Origin: Octopus vulgaris
Lineage: Eukaryota
DNA: 64,000 bases
NCBI GenBank assembly: GCA_951406725.2
Contig: OX597814.1
Coordinates: 76,012,001 to 76,076,000 of the forward strand
Reading direction: 5' to 3'
The translations under genes were made by a program, and so were the position numbers. Shown here in pieces: positions 24,600-39,635 of the stretch. The notes under the pieces are model-generated. The model saw only the letters and a list, made by a program, of their open reading frames with translations, made no database searches and was not told the origin of the DNA. Position 1 is the stretch's first letter; the number at the start of each line of letters is the position of its first letter.

Positions 24600-25960
24600 G
24601 AGAAATAGATTAGAAGGTAAACTAGTTAGCAAGCTAGAAAAGGCAATTAGCCAAGGCATTGCAACAAGCATGCAAGAATAGCCATTTCTTCAATACAAAA
24701 CTTGAAGGCTGTGTTTTCAGAGCTGGAGCTTTTCTACTGAAACCAGCCAGAACAAAACCCATTTGGTGGACATGGTTGCAGAGGTTTGATGTGGTAACAG
24801 ACACATTTCAGTCTTTGATGGACCAGGATGAGCACTTACTATTCTGTTCAAGCAGATACATGCAGCATTCCAGTAGCACATTTTCTTAACTATTTTGAGT
24901 GATACCAGAAGCAGTTATAGACTTTAGTGTCTAACTCTTGGCAAAAGGTACAAGGTAAGAAGACATGAAAGGCTAATAACAGCAACTAAAATACAGGGGA
25001 TAGTGAATGGTTGTATGAAGGACAAATTGCCAAGTTTGGAAGGTCTTTCCCTATGAGTTTTATGGTATTATGCCTCTTGACAAATATCTATCACAACTGG
25101 CAATAGATCAATCTACAATATTCACCTCATGAAAAATCATAGAGGGGCATGGTAACAAATTTGGTTTTGATGAGGCCCTAATTAAAATGAGTCAGTAGAA
25201 AGCATTTGATAGCCAAACAGACTTCGCAACAGTTTGGGATCCATTTTTAGAGGCTGGATCACAGCAATACACAAGAACATTTGCTTGATGAAATATTTAT
25301 AGCAGCCTCTTTTTGGAATCTTTTCATATCATGTGTTCAATCCACCATGGTTGTACTCTCTCATCTCTTCTATACATATTGGTTCTCAAACCATTGTTGA
25401 GGTGTGAGAGAGCTGTGTTGGCATATGCAGATAACATCAGTATGATAGCAATGGACACCTTAGGAGTGGAATTAGTTAACATCATTCTAAAGGAATACAA
25501 GGCAATGGTAGGAACAAATATAAATACAGACAAATGAGTGAGATTACATGCTTAACGCCTGGGAAAGTAAGTCTATGTCATTGAACAGTGCTGTGGATTG
25601 AACCAGACCCCAAGCAACTAAATGGCTCGGGGTCTTGTTTGGTCTGGACTTCCAGGTGGACAGGAACTGAAATGAGGTGATGAGCAAGATGGTCAGCCTT
25701 TCTTAAAAATAGGCCAAGAAAAAGCTATCCTTGAAAGGTTGAGCTGAAGTAATGGTGAATGCCTACATAGCCTCCATAATAATTGACTGCCTGACTCATC
25801 CCCCTTTTGGCTAGAGTGGAGCATCTGCCCTTCTGATTCCTGTGGAAGGGATGTGTTCCACTGGACAGATAGTCCATCTCAGAAAGGCAGGTTTGGTTGA
25901 TGATGCATAGATATGCACTGAGACTGTGCCATCTGCAGATTTTCCTGGAGAGTAAGCAGA
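24600..25960 (+). pseudogene. L1/Tx1-like non-LTR RT relic
   Basis: SIHHGCTLSSLLYILVLKPLL...AYADNI resembles the L1/Tx1 QGCPLSPLL..LEPLL..AYADD. Confidence 0.65.
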
Positions 25961-28531
25961 TGTAATCTTCATTTGTAAAGCACGTTTTTCTTCCATTATG
26001 AGCCACCAATGAAGTGGGAGTGGTTTCTGATGCAACACTTACATTTGGAACTGTCATTAATAGCATATTCATTGCTCATAGAGATAGCCATAGAAACAAA
26101 GAACTCATGCTGTAGTCCAGACTATCTTAAAGAGAAAATTCCTGTAAAAATCATAGATAATCTTCCCTACCTCCGACACACTGAAATATTCTAATATTCA
26201 TTATTAATCTCATAAAGAAAATTAAAGAAAATGTCGATAATACTTTAATAAAACATTTTTATTATGTGAAATTATTTTGCTTTTGCTTTTTAGAAAACCA
26301 TAACTGGCAATAATTCAAAGTATAGGTCAACAATTTCAATAGTCATTCAATTTACTTCAATTCTGAGGTTATCTATGAGGATAAATTCTTCTTTATTGTT
26401 TGTAACTAATATACTCTAGAAAAATAAAATAAAATATAACATTGATGTAATAAATTAAATTTCCCAGACTATAAATGTAATTTTGTTTATTTTTAGGTTT
26501 TATACTACATTTCTAATCTACGGTTAGTTTAATTATAGTATTTCTAAATACACATTTTTTTCCCGTTGAGTTAGATTTTTATTTCTAAAGCACTACAATT
26601 TAGTAATCTTTCACATAGAAATAGAGGGTCTATTTTGAACTTAGTTGAGAGAAATGTATACATGTAAGAATATAACTGGAAATGCTTGGGAATTGCACTG
26701 ATTGAAATATAGCATAATCACATGAAAAACAAGGTTAATAAATGAGAAATATTATTGTAATGATACTTTTCAGAAATTTAGACATATTAACATCTTAATG
26801 CTCTCTTTAGTTAATGAGATACTCAACTGGACAAGACAAAGTTTCAAGGCTATTAATTAGTTATTTGCTTGCTCACATCGTGTCACAGCTGCTGTGCTCT
26901 GTACCTTAATGTCATAAGTATACCTTGCTATAAATATTTCTTCAATCCTGTTTCAAATGTAGGTATATTATGTATTATTTTAGGCTTATGGATATATACT
27001 TATATAAAAAAAAATGTGTGTATATGTAAACCCTTGAAAATTTCATTGCAAAAAAAGCTGACACACCCAAATACTAAGTTTTTAAATACTGGACTCAACT
27101 TTGAACTTTGAACTTCACATTGTCAAAGCAAAGGATTAAATTTAATAAAGCTAATGACTCATCCACATATCAAAAACCTTACTCTACCTACTGACTTCCT
27201 TTTTGAGAACAACTAAAAACCAATCTCATGACCTGAAGCTGACATACCAAAATATACATACCTATTTGCAAAGTCCTACAAGCATGAATAAAATCTGAAC
27301 TAAATCATAACCCCAAATTTAATCAATAGCATATTCTCCACAACACCTCTTTGTCACAACCCACCCTAAAACATGACCCCCACAAGCATTTTGTTAGCTT
27401 GCATGTCCCTCTTACACCACAACACAAAGAAGAATCCTTCAGTGACACTTCAATTCCTTCACCATATTCCTAACCTTCAGTACTCCAATTACTCACTCTT
27501 CTATATTGTTGTTGCTACGTAACCTTATATCAGCTTTATCACACAGACTTATGATCGAATACATTTCAGCTGTAACAATCTTAACTTTTTTTGCATTTTA
27601 TTCTCCCAGTGTATCTAAGATTGCATCAACAAACATGTTCTTTCTTTTATGATGTTGGGAGAGCATGGTTTGAATGGAATTTGCTGCTTCTTCTAGCAAA
27701 GCAAGCAACTGTATAGAAAGACCCTCGTTGGTTCATCTCTATTGTTGTTGTTTACTTAATCATCTTCAATTACCTGACTGGCAATATCTATGATCAAAGA
27801 CATTTCAACCATGGCCATCTCAGTTTTTTTGATTCCATCATCTAGATGTATTTCCTTCTTTTTAAGATGGCAATGTGTGATTTGACTGCCAGTATTAGCC
27901 ACTCAAGTAACCAACATAGTGGTTCCCTCATTGGCTGATCAATCATCGATGTTATTCCCCTGGATAATCAAACATATTATAGACTATTTTCAGTATTATG
28001 CACATTAGCTGAATGACTATGTTTATTATCACTAGCAAAGAATTGTGCAAAAGTAATCTTCAGACTGACAGATATTTGGAATTTACTGTCTGCCATTACA
28101 ATTCAAGACAAGATTTATTCAAATTCAATATATAAAATATATATGAATAGTCATGCATGCATACAGTTACACATGCAAACCTAAGATGCAAACTCATTTG
28201 TGATTGTCTGCTCATATGAATATATGTTTGTGATTATGCAATAGCAGAGGCTTGTGAAAGAAAAACCAAAGTAAAAGCATAGGATAAATCTTTAGCAAAA
28301 TCATAGTTGCTTCATGGTTGGAATGGTTGCAGCTACTCCTAGTTTGATGTGGTGGTTGCATGGATAACAGGAGGTGGTGGGGAAATGTGATTACAATATG
28401 GACAAAGAAACAATATGGTAGGAAGAATTTGATAGAATTGGCAAGAATTGAAGGTTGAGAGTGCCCAAAATTAAAATTTATGGAGAGAGAGAGAACAGCT
28501 TTAATCAGCAGAGAGGGAGAAGTGACTAACA

Positions 28532-28871
<340 letters not shown>

Positions 28872-29154
28872 TATTTCATATCTGCTTTCCATGTTGGCAT
28901 AAGCTGAATAGTTTGACAGTATCCAATGGTTTGAAGAATCATATCTTACTCCAGTGTCTCAGTTTTTAGTCTGATCACTATTTTACAAAATGTACTGGGT
29001 GCTTTTTTTCATGGCACCAGCACTAGTGATTTTACCATTTGTATTTCCAGGCTAAAGAACCCCTTCAACTGGGTGGGAGTATATTAGAGAGTAAATTTGC
29101 TTTATACTAAGTGTTGATAATTAAAGTTGTAGCAGAAGTGATTTACACTGTCAT

Positions 29155-29742
29155 TGTGTGAGCTGTTTTCCTTTTGCCTCTTCTAGGCTTAAATACCCCA
29201 ATATTGGCTCCACAAGGCCTTTTTGTTCCAACGGTCACATGACCTCGTGATTAAACGAACCTGTTGTTTGCATTGGTCACCTTCCAGCTGTCCAGTCGTG
29301 TTGGCGCAATAGTTTATTTTTCCTTGCGTGGGAAATTAATCATCAGCTTCTGGGAGCCCACTATTCCCTATAAGTACAGCAGTTCAACTATTCTAGGTCT
29401 TTGGCACTCACCACTAACCACATGCACAACTTGTCTCCAGCAACGATGTATCTAACACCAGCCAGTCTCCGTTTTCATCTCCATCAGATGCCTGTCTCCA
29501 TCACTGCTGTATGAACATCATATGACCAACAGCTACCTCTACGCAACACCAACAGTATGTCAACTATGTCTATGACATCAACAGTCCAGCCTAACCACGA
29601 AGTTCTTTCACACATCTTTGTAATAACCTGTTGTTATGTTATGTTAATTCATGTATGGTAATCATTGTATTTTATGACGGAGAATAAAATGTCGCTTACC
29701 AGTTTAGTTTCAATCTCAAGTTGTATATATTTCTCTCCAACA
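29155..29742 (+). mobile_element. Probable solo LTR
   Basis: TG...CA ends, TATA-like ctataagta, aataaa ~60 bp before the end; shares ggtcacatg, ttggcgcaat and aggtcttt..ccact.accaca motifs with 50892-51898; TSD imperfect (tcat/ttat). Confidence 0.55.
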
Positions 29743-29920
29743 TTATCCTCATTAACCATCTTCATTATAAAGTATTGAAAAGACAGGAATAGGTTTGTTG
29801 TTGAAGAAGAGATACATGGCTACTCCGCATTATATAAAGTTGAGTGGGGTTTAATTGGTGTGGAACTGGAAAATGAGGTAAAGATGGCAATAACAAGGTA
29901 TCAGTGCATACGCTCAAGGT

Positions 29921-30160
29921 AAGGTGGTGACCTGGCAGAAGCGTTAGCACGCCGAGCAAAATGCTTTGCAGTATTTCGTCTGCTGTTATGTTGTGAGTTC
30001 AAATTCCGCCGAGGTCGACTTTGCCTTTCATCCTTTCGGGATCGATAAATTAAGCACCAGTTACGCACTGGGGTCGATGTAATCAACTTAATGCCTATGT
30101 CTGTCCTTGTTTGTCCCCTCTATGTTTAGCCCCTTGTGGATAATAAAGAAATAGGTATAA
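29921..30160 (+). mobile_element. SINE family B, young full-length copy
   Basis: aaggtggtgacctggcagaagcgttagcacgccg..gtcgactttgcctttcatcctttcgg; CpGs retained. Confidence 0.88.
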
Positions 30161-30789
30161 GATGAACAGAAAAGAGTAAAAGGGCAGAAGATAAGCAGAG
30201 TATGTGGGTAAAAGGTGCAAGAGTACGGGAAGAGGTTAGACATAAGGATAAGGCTGAATGTAGTGAATGATGAACTGGGGTGAAAAGGTAGTCAATGATA
30301 AATATGAAAGAGAAGAAGGCGATAAGAATGAGAAGCAAACTTCTTAGCCACACTACCACATCTGTGCACATATGAGGTGCATTCAAAAAGTATCCACCTT
30401 TATTTTTCCCTACTACAAGTAATGTTGCATGGGCAAAATCCTTTGAATAGGAGGTGATGCCACTCCTCCTGCACATGCATGAAAATTTTGGCACTGGTAG
30501 GCCATGTCAATTTTGGGCTGTTATGCCTAGAGTACAAACGTGTGTGTGTGCGATTGTCCTCTTCCGCTTTTCATTATTTAAATTCTTCTTCTGAGGAAGG
30601 AACTGGTTTCTAATAAAGATGCAGAACTCCATCATTAGAATATAGATAACAAAAACAATCACATTTCAAACTTGAGAAAAGTCTTGCATATTTTTTTACT
30701 ATCTCGCTTACAGATTGTATTTGTAATATAGAAGTTAGTTTGTTGATTTCCTTTTCATTTATGTATGCATGCATGTATGGGTGTCTGAC

Positions 30790-30940
30790 CAATTTTGAAG
30801 GAGGGAATAAGTTGATAACATTGACAAGGATGAAAGGCAAAGTCAGCTGCTGCAGAATTTGAACTCAGAACTTAAAGATGGACAAAATACCATAAAGCAT
30901 TTTGCCTAGCCTGTTAACGATTTTGCCAGCTCATGGCTTT
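30790..30940 (-). mobile_element. SINE family B fragment
   Basis: ggatgaaaggcaaagtc..gaatttgaactcagaac. Confidence 0.7.
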
Positions 30941-31049
30941 CTTCTTTTTATATATTAGTATTCTTTCTAGAACAAGGGAATCAGTTCCTAACAAAGAAAC
31001 ACAAGTTCCATCATTTGCATTTGGATATTGACAATTATAGTTGTTATAT

Positions 31050-32300
31050 ATTCGACTTTAAGAACTCTATTGTATTCTTTCTGTTCTACATACAGATTTC
31101 ATCTTTATAGTTCAATTAGCCACTTTCTTTCTTTGGTATTCCTAGCTTCTCTAGATTATGGCTTAGAAATTTACCAATGATTATTGCTATGAATGTAAAT
31201 TTATAATCAGGGAAGTGGAGTTGCAGGTTTTGAAGCAGTTGATAGATACTCTGTTTCTTGCTTATTTTGGAAGAGATGCTCACACACGCAGAGTAACTTA
31301 TCTGTACATCTGTACATGGCTTGTCTTTTCAGTCCCAAATAGCTATGTCAGGTCTGCTATGGTTGTTATGATGGGAATGTTCCACCAGTATTCCTTGTGA
31401 TGATATGTCTGTATTCCATGACTGCCCTTGGATAAATGTTAACATTTATCCAAGGGCAGTAATTTCTGCAGATGGTGTTGTATATTGTTTTAGCAACTTC
31501 ATGTCACAGTAGATGTTCCTTGATAACATTTTTGGACAGCAGCTGATTATATATGCTATATTCTTGATGGAAGAATGGCATAAATGACACAGTTGCATCT
31601 TTGGATTTTAAGAGCTTTACTGTTTTGTTCATGAGAGATTTTGTAGTTATCTCCTACTCTTAGACTGTGAAAACATAGCCTTCAAGATGTGATGTAGAGG
31701 TCACAAGTTATCATTGTCTAGTTTACGGGAAATATACCCACACATAACATTTTTAAGATGTGTAGGGTGTTTCTCTTCCACATCTTTGCCGAGATATGAG
31801 AGCCCAATTCATATGGCAGGTCAAGCCAACCCACATGATGTTTGTTGCTCATTTCATTTTACAGTACTTGGTTAATGTATCCATTTTTGCCACTATTATT
31901 TGGAAGGTGATGGATGCTGTCAGGGAGATATCACGTGGCACTCAAATGGTGTCTGCTTTAATTTTAAGCCTCTTCTTCAACTTTTCATAGGTAGAGCCTG
32001 TTGACGTCACTGTTTCTGCAGAAATTTGCAGTTAATGACAAGTTTTTATGTCTAGAAAGCAGATTTCCTCTGTAGATTAGTCAAGTATCCAAAATGTTGG
32101 TATTAGCATGGGTACTGCAAATGCATTGTGGGATATTGTCTGGTAAAATGAAATTTATGACTGCTAGCTCTGTTTAAGTCTGTTGTAATATATTCTTGTT
32201 ACTCTATTCTTGCTAACAGCACCTTTACATGATATATTTTTATTTATACCTATGTATTTTTAGCACTCATTTTGTGGAATAGGGAAGATCAAGAAACCAC
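31050..32300 (-). pseudogene. R4/Dong-like (restriction-like endonuclease) non-LTR retrotransposon relic
   Basis: Minus-strand translation gives KYIGINKNI..., SHNAFAVPMLIPTF.ILD, KEYWWNIPI, HSRPDIAIWD, LQLHFPDYKFTFIAIIIG. Confidence 0.7.
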
Positions 32301-32748
32301 TGGCACAAAAATTTAAGGTTTAGGGAACAGTTTTTCCACATTCAGTTTTGTGTATGTATATATATATATATATATATATAGTGACAAACCACTATGTATG
32401 TGTGTATATAAATGCATACACACATGCACACACACATGCACAAGTACACATCCTTAGCACAAGAAATCATTGAGAAGATATTTCTTATCATTCTTAATAT
32501 AAAATATAAATATTCAAAAAAATATCAGACTCAAAGAAAAAATTTAGTAAGGAAACCAAGAATAATAGTAAAGCTGTACAATCAATGTCAAAAATCTGTT
32601 TTACAGCATGAACAGAAGAAATTACACACATCCTCCTACTATTTACCAAATCCCATTGTAAGTGTGCAACATTAGCATTAACTGTACTCATTTCACAGTA
32701 AATAGCTCAGCAAAGAGTTTGTGTATGGTGCAAAAGTAATGTTAGAAG

Positions 32749-34782
32749 ACCAGAGATGCTCAAAATATCTGGCAGTGCCGGCTATAGCCTAGTCACCCGT
32801 ATAGTTAACCAGGTGATACACAAAGGAGTCATACCCAATGATTGGTGTAGCAGCACCATAGTCAACTGCTACAAAGGTAAAGGTGATGCTTTAGATACAA
32901 ATAATTACAGAGGTATCAAGCTGTTGGATCAGGTAATGAAGGTCCTGCAGAAGGTCATAGCCCAATTAATTAGGGAGAGAGTCAATTTAGACGAGATGCA
33001 GATTGGGTTTGTGACAGGAAAAGCACCACTGATGCCATATTTCTGGTAAGACAGCTGCAAGAGAAATATCTCGCCAAAGATAAACCTCTGTACCTGGCTT
33101 TCATTGACATGGAGAAAGCCTTTGACAGGATCCCCCGATCCCTTATCTGGTGGTCAATGAGGAAACTAAGGATAGAGGAATGGTTAGTGGGAGCTGTGCA
33201 AGCCATGTACAGGGACACTTTCAGTAAGGTGAGGGTTGGCAACAAGTACAGTGACAAATTCCGGGTAGAGGTAGGGGTCCGCCAAATAGCCCCCTCCTAT
33301 TCATCATAGTCCTCCAGGCAATAACAGAGGAATTCAAGACAGGATGCCCCTAGGAGATCCTCTATGCCAATGACCTTGTCCTAATTGCTGAGTCACTATC
33401 AGAATTAGAGGAGAAGTTTCAGGTGTGGAAGCAAGGATTAGAATCAAAGGGCCTTAGGGTTAACCTAGCTAAAACCAAAGCCCTAATAAGTAGGAAGGCA
33501 GACAAACCACAAATCCCTTCAGTCAGATGGCCCTGCTCGATCTGTAGAAAAGGCGTAGGTAGAAACTCTATAAGATGTACCCAGTGTAAGCTATGGACAC
33601 ATAAGAGGTGCAGCAATATCAAAGGAAGGCTAACTGTGAATATAGTTTTTGTATGTGGCAGATGCTCAGGAGTAATAAACACTGAAAATGTGCAGAGAAC
33701 AACTGCCCCACATTCCAGGAAGAAAAACTACAAATAGTTGTAGCTTCCATTAACTAGGTGACCAAGTCAGTAGCGGGGGAGGGTGCACTGAAAGTGTAGC
33801 TGCTAGAATAAGAATAGCCTGGGCAAAGTTCAGAGTATGATGCATATGTATGAACAGCCATGCTACATGGCAGTGAAACATGGGCCATGACTTCTGACGA
33901 CATGTGTAAGTTCACAAGGAATAAAGCCAGTATAATTCGATGGATGTGTAATGTCGGTGTGCATACTTGACGGAGTGTAAGTATCTTGAGAGAAGAGTTG
34001 GACTTAAGAAGCATCAGATGTGGTGTGCAAGAGAGATGACTGAGCTGGTATGGTCATGTGGTGAGAATGGATGAGGATAGCTGTGTGAAAAAGTACCACA
34101 CCCTAGCAGTTGAAGGAACCTGTGCAAGAGGTAGACCCAGGAATACCTTGGATGAGGTCGTGAAGCACGACCATCGATCATTAATCCTCACCGAGGCAAT
34201 GACTAGTGACTGAGACCTTTGGAAATATGCAGTGTGTGAGAAGACCTGGCAAGCCAAGTGAGACCATAACCCGTTGCTTATGTCAGGGGTGTAACCAACC
34301 CACTTATGCATATCTTCTTTCCTTCGTTGGACACTAAACTCTACTTGCGAAAACCTGTTGAGGCAAGTGAAATCGAAATCAAATCAAATTTGATAACTGG
34401 CATCCGTGCCAGTGGAGCGCTAAGAGCACCATCTGAGCACCATTTGAGCATGATCGCTGACTGGCTTCTGTGCCAGTGGCACATAAACAGCACTATTCAA
34501 ACATAATCATTACCAGCTTCGCCTTACTGACACTTGTGCCGGTGGCACATGAAAAACATTCGAGCAAGATCATTGTCAGTGCTGCTGGACTGTCTCCTGT
34601 GCAGGTGGCAGGTAAAATCACCCACTACACTCGCGGAGTGGTTGGCATTAGGAAGGGCATCCAGCCGTAGAAACACTGCCAGATCAGATTGGAGCCTGGT
34701 GCAGCCATCTGGTTCAGTCAAATCATCCAACCCATGCTAGCATGGAAAGCAGATGTTAAATGATGATGATGATGATGATGAT
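32749..34782 (+). mobile_element. RTE-clade LINE, 5'-truncated (RT + 3' UTR + (GAT)n)
   Basis: NYRGIKLL, MEKAFDR, WPCSICRKG.., UTR and tail; frameshifts and small deletions. Confidence 0.95.
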
Positions 34783-34970
34783 ATATAATGTATTTGCATT
34801 CAGCATAAATTTGTATACAGCAAAGACTTCTGTATAAATGTGGAAACATCACCTTTCTCTTTCTCTAACAGAATGTATGGCAACTAAAAGACAAAAGTAC
34901 CACAAAAATTGATAAACTGTACCAAATCATAATATGGTGGATCTGGATTGTGTTAGTTATGTATTGGCCA

Positions 34971-35418
34971 AAGGTGAAATTCCTTTGAATTTCTTTGATA
35001 TTCTTTACGCTTTTAGAATTCTCTGAAGTTTTATAAATATATGAATATTTGGATTCCTCTTTCCTAATTCAAAATTTCTATCAAAGGCTCTCCAATAGCC
35101 AATATGACCACCCTTCCTTTCTTATAATTGCAAAAAAAAAAACGTTTCTTATAACTGAAAAAAAAAATGTTTCATTTGGACATCTCTCAATTTGCTGAAT
35201 TTAAGATTTGAGCTAAATGTAATATGCCATCACCAAAATAAGTTAAACCTAAGATCCTTTTATATCTCCGAGCTAATTACTGTACAATTTTATAGGTGGA
35301 ATTCTTTTGAATTTCTTTGAGGTTTTAAAATTCTCTGAAGTTCCATAAATATCATATGAATATTTGGATTTCTCTTTCCTAATTCAAAATTTCTATCAAA
35401 GGCTCTCCAGTAGCTAAG
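34971..35418 (+). repeat. ~125-bp direct duplication (34971-35102 / 35293-35418)
   Basis: aggtg.aattc.tttgaatttctttga...aatttctatcaaaggctctcca.tagc occurs twice. Confidence 0.85.
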
Positions 35419-36169
35419 TGCTGTTCAAATGGATTTCACAAAACAGAAAATTATTAGAATTGCCTTGTCTCCTCTTGTCTTTTTTTCACCATTGATAAAA
35501 GAACCCAAAACTGACAAATAAATTATGTGCATGTTACTACTGCAGTTTACTATATTGCATTTTATTTGTTTATTTAAGCAATGATTAACTGTTTTTGCTG
35601 AACTGTAAATATAAAAGTCTCTGTCTTCTTCTTCATTCCTTTCTACTTTCTTTTTTCACTTTCCTTCTTTCTCTTACCCCCCCCCAACCATCTTTTTCCC
35701 CCATTTTCATTTTCCTTCATAATTTTACCTTCCCACTACATCTATATTCCATAAACCCATATTCTTCTTTTTGGCTTTCCATTCATAGCTAAGTCTTGTT
35801 CAAATGCATTTTGCAAAAGAATGAGAACCACTAAAAATATGACCTCTCTTCCCTTCTTATAACAGAAAAATTAATTTGAATTAGTCTACGAAATCTTGTA
35901 CAAACTTTAAATTCATTTCTATTGTATATTTATGGTATTGTGTAATCTCCTGTTTGGAAAAGGCTTGTATCCTTCAGTTACTCCCCACCACACACACACT
36001 GCCATCAAACTTTAAAATTTTAACAATAGCTTCAGAAACAACTAGCAGCACAACTACAAAATATAAAAATAAGTAGACAAAATATTTCTTAAACTTAATA
36101 GAATGAAGAACCTGCATGAATTAGATGATAATTCATAGCACTGATTTGTCTCCAACCCCTTTACTAAAA

Positions 36170-37280
36170 AGAAAATACCTGCAGGAAAACAAATGGGGAT
36201 ATCCAGAATGAAATCATTATCTAAGAGCAAAAAGACTACATACTTGCAAATTGATGACCAAACAAAGCCACAATAGTCTTCATCCTCATATCTGATTCTC
36301 AGAAATCATATAAAAATTTTGACTTGAACCTGTCCATTATACTTATTTATCCTTAGGAACATGATTCTGGAATAGTCAATAATCACTTATTAGATAGAAT
36401 CTTCCTGAAAGTCAAGGTGTTTCTTTAGATTTTATGGAACAAAACTCTAGAAGTTAATGATTAGTTTAAATCTATACCAAATAAGAACAGCACAACATTT
36501 CTACCATTTGATATTAAGGACTGTTATATTTCTATTGACTAAATTCTACTAATCAAAGCATTTGACTATATTAGATCCACAACTCATATCACTGATCCAA
36601 AAATAGAAATAATATTACATATTTGTAAAACAATAGTCAATTATTATAACTCTATTTGGATTCACAAATACTCTAAAATCTATTTCCATGATAGAATGAA
36701 GGCAAACCACTTAAGAAACATTTCGCCATAACACAAATATTAACAAATTTTTAATCAAAATACTATTAAAACTTTCTAACTTCAAAACTTTCCTAACTTC
36801 AACCAAAACTTAGTTCTTTTAATCTCTCAAAGCTGAATAACTTAAGCACAAGTTTATCATCAAATCAATGTTATTGTACTAATGTTATATCTTACTCTTT
36901 AAACTCACATTGTTTAGCCAAAGACAAAGTTGACCAATGTACAGTAATACAAGGAGCATCTCTAAAATATTCACTGAAATTACCTCAAATCCTTTCAAAT
37001 TTAGATATAATTTCCACAGCTACACCTTTAGAAACCCCAACAAATGCACCAAAGTTTTCTGACTAGCTACAGCTGAAATTGAAAAATAAATCCGTACTTT
37101 TTACAATCTAATCTGGATGGTATCCAAAGCCAGATCCTACCAAGAATAAAAAACTGTGTGACATTTGCATAACTGAAAGTTTGATGATACTATTTGTTAA
37201 AATCCTTAAAGGACATTCTGAAAGGATTCTAACTTGTATACAAATAGATTTTAAAATAAACTTTTTCACCTGCTTAATTA
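36170..37280 (+). pseudogene. Old Penelope-like RT + GIY-YIG relic with internal deletions
   Basis: ..FKSIPNKNSTTFLPFDIKD.Y.SI..LLIKAFDY (PLE RT motif) at ~36465-36570; ..KKLCDICITESLMI at ~37150. Confidence 0.6.
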
Positions 37281-37464
37281 TTTAAATAGTAACATCAGTC
37301 TATGTGCATTTTTATTCCACTTCATTTTCAGATTTACATTTCAACTCAGCATTTTTATAATGTGATTTATTCAAAATTTGACATGGTTCTAAATATAAAT
37401 TTCATTTCTTAATTATTATCTCTTCATTGCATAATCTAAATTCTTAGTTTTCACTTTACTATTC

Positions 37465-37720
37465 TATTATTTGTTTCAGTCATTTGACTTCAGCTATGCT
37501 GGAGCACTGCCTTTAGTCGAATAAATCGCCCCCAGGACTTATTCTTTGTAAGTCAAGTACTTATTTTATCGGTATCTTTTACTGAACCACTGAGTTATGG
37601 GGATGTAAACACATCAACATCGACTGTCAAACGATGTTGGGGGTACACAAACACACACACGCACACAAACACACACACGTGCGCGCACACGCACACAAAC
37701 ACACACACACAAACACACAC

Positions 37721-37800
<80 letters not shown>

Positions 37801-37938
37801 GACTGGCTTCTTTCAGTTTCCGTCTACCAAATCCACCCACAAGGCTTTGGTCAGCCCAAGGTGCCATGCAATGGGACTGAACCTGAAACCATGTGGTTGG
37901 TAAGCAAGCTACTTACCACACAGCCACACCAGCGCCTA
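37465..37938 (-). mobile_element. SINE family A, full length
   Basis: Reverse complement of 21500-21960. Confidence 0.88.
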
Positions 37939-39635
37939 TATCTAAATTCTTTCCTTTTATTAATTTGGCATTTATTGTCTTCTCTCCAAATAATACTTCC
38001 CTGGTTTCCTAGCTAATTAACTATATTGTTTCATATCTCTAGATTTATCTTCTATTACAAATTAAATACACACTACACACAAAGTCAGACAATTTAAATG
38101 TAAAGGTATGTTGATCCTATTTTTCTAATTAACTTAATTTATGAATTGCATCCTTTTCAACTAAACGAGTAAAAAATAATACATTGGCTTAAATTCTTTA
38201 ATAATTATGCTTTATACCTTCTCCAATCTATATCCTTTTAGATTTAAAATAATTAATACACTCTACTTTCTTCTGTTTTATCAATCTTTAGACTTATTTT
38301 GTTTTAAATTCACTCCCTGAGTTGATATTCTTTTAGGATATCTTCCTATTCCACAGTATTTTATTTAAATTGAGCAACACTGTCTCATAAATATTTACTG
38401 AAATTCCTGAAACATCACAGTCTCTTTTATATTCTATATTATATACTCATGTAGATTTAAATTAATCAAAACTGTTTTATCAAATTCCATTATTCTTCTT
38501 TAATCAATACTTAATAATCACTACATCAGATATACTAATTTAATTTAAATTCCTTAATCAATATTTACTTTTCAGATAATATTTAAAGAATTTTTCTAAC
38601 CAAATTTTTTTCATATCTTGTACTAGATTAAATTCTTGAATTAATACTTCCTAACTCCCATCTTCTAAACCCCATGCCCTTCTAGATTTAATTACTCAGT
38701 ATTTTTTCTTTTTCTTTTTAACTTTTTTGCCTGACTATTTTGCTTTAATTCTTGAACCATTTCCGTCCCTTCTATATTCCAGATTATATATTTTGTATAC
38801 TTTTAGGGATTTAAATTAATCCTTATTGCTTCATTACATTTTAGCTATATTTCCTTAATCTATACTTTCTAATCAAATCATCAGATATAGTCATTTAATT
38901 TAAAGTCAATTCCTTAATCAATATCTGCTTTTTCCATCTTCAAACAATTGCAATCAATACTTTCTATCCAATTTATTTCATATACCTGTTAAGATCAAAC
39001 TCTTAAATTAATATCATCTTACCCTATTTTCTAATATCTATGCTCTTGTAGTTTTAAATTACTTAACACAGTCTCATTACCCTTTCAGTGTAACCTACTT
39101 AATGACATTTATAAATTTAAATTAATTAATACATTATCACTTTTAATCAAATATGTATACTTTTATGACATAACATTGTAAGATTTCTTTCAACATGAAC
39201 TAAATGAGTTATGTCCTTTGCACTAAAGACTAACTATAAACTGCTTCACAAATGAAACTGTTGATTTTTCAAAATTTTTAAGAAACGTTCTTGAAATATC
39301 TACATTTTCTTCAATTTTTCCCTCATTTAAGTAACCATTTTTCATTTTCTAATCAGTCTACATCCACCTGTATTTATATCTACAGTATATTATATTTATG
39401 TAATTTTCAGAGCACGTAGTGTTATTGATCACGTATAAAACCATGCATAGAAAAAATTCACTCATTGAAAATTCCTCATGAATGAAACAGACAGCTTTAT
39501 GAAATAAATATCCAAACTCTACATTCTTTTTCTTTGATGATTGTGGTATATTGTGTTCACACAAACAGAAACTTCCACTTATGTGTGTGTGCGCTGGGCA
39601 TGTGTATCTGATTGTATGTATACATGTGTATACAT

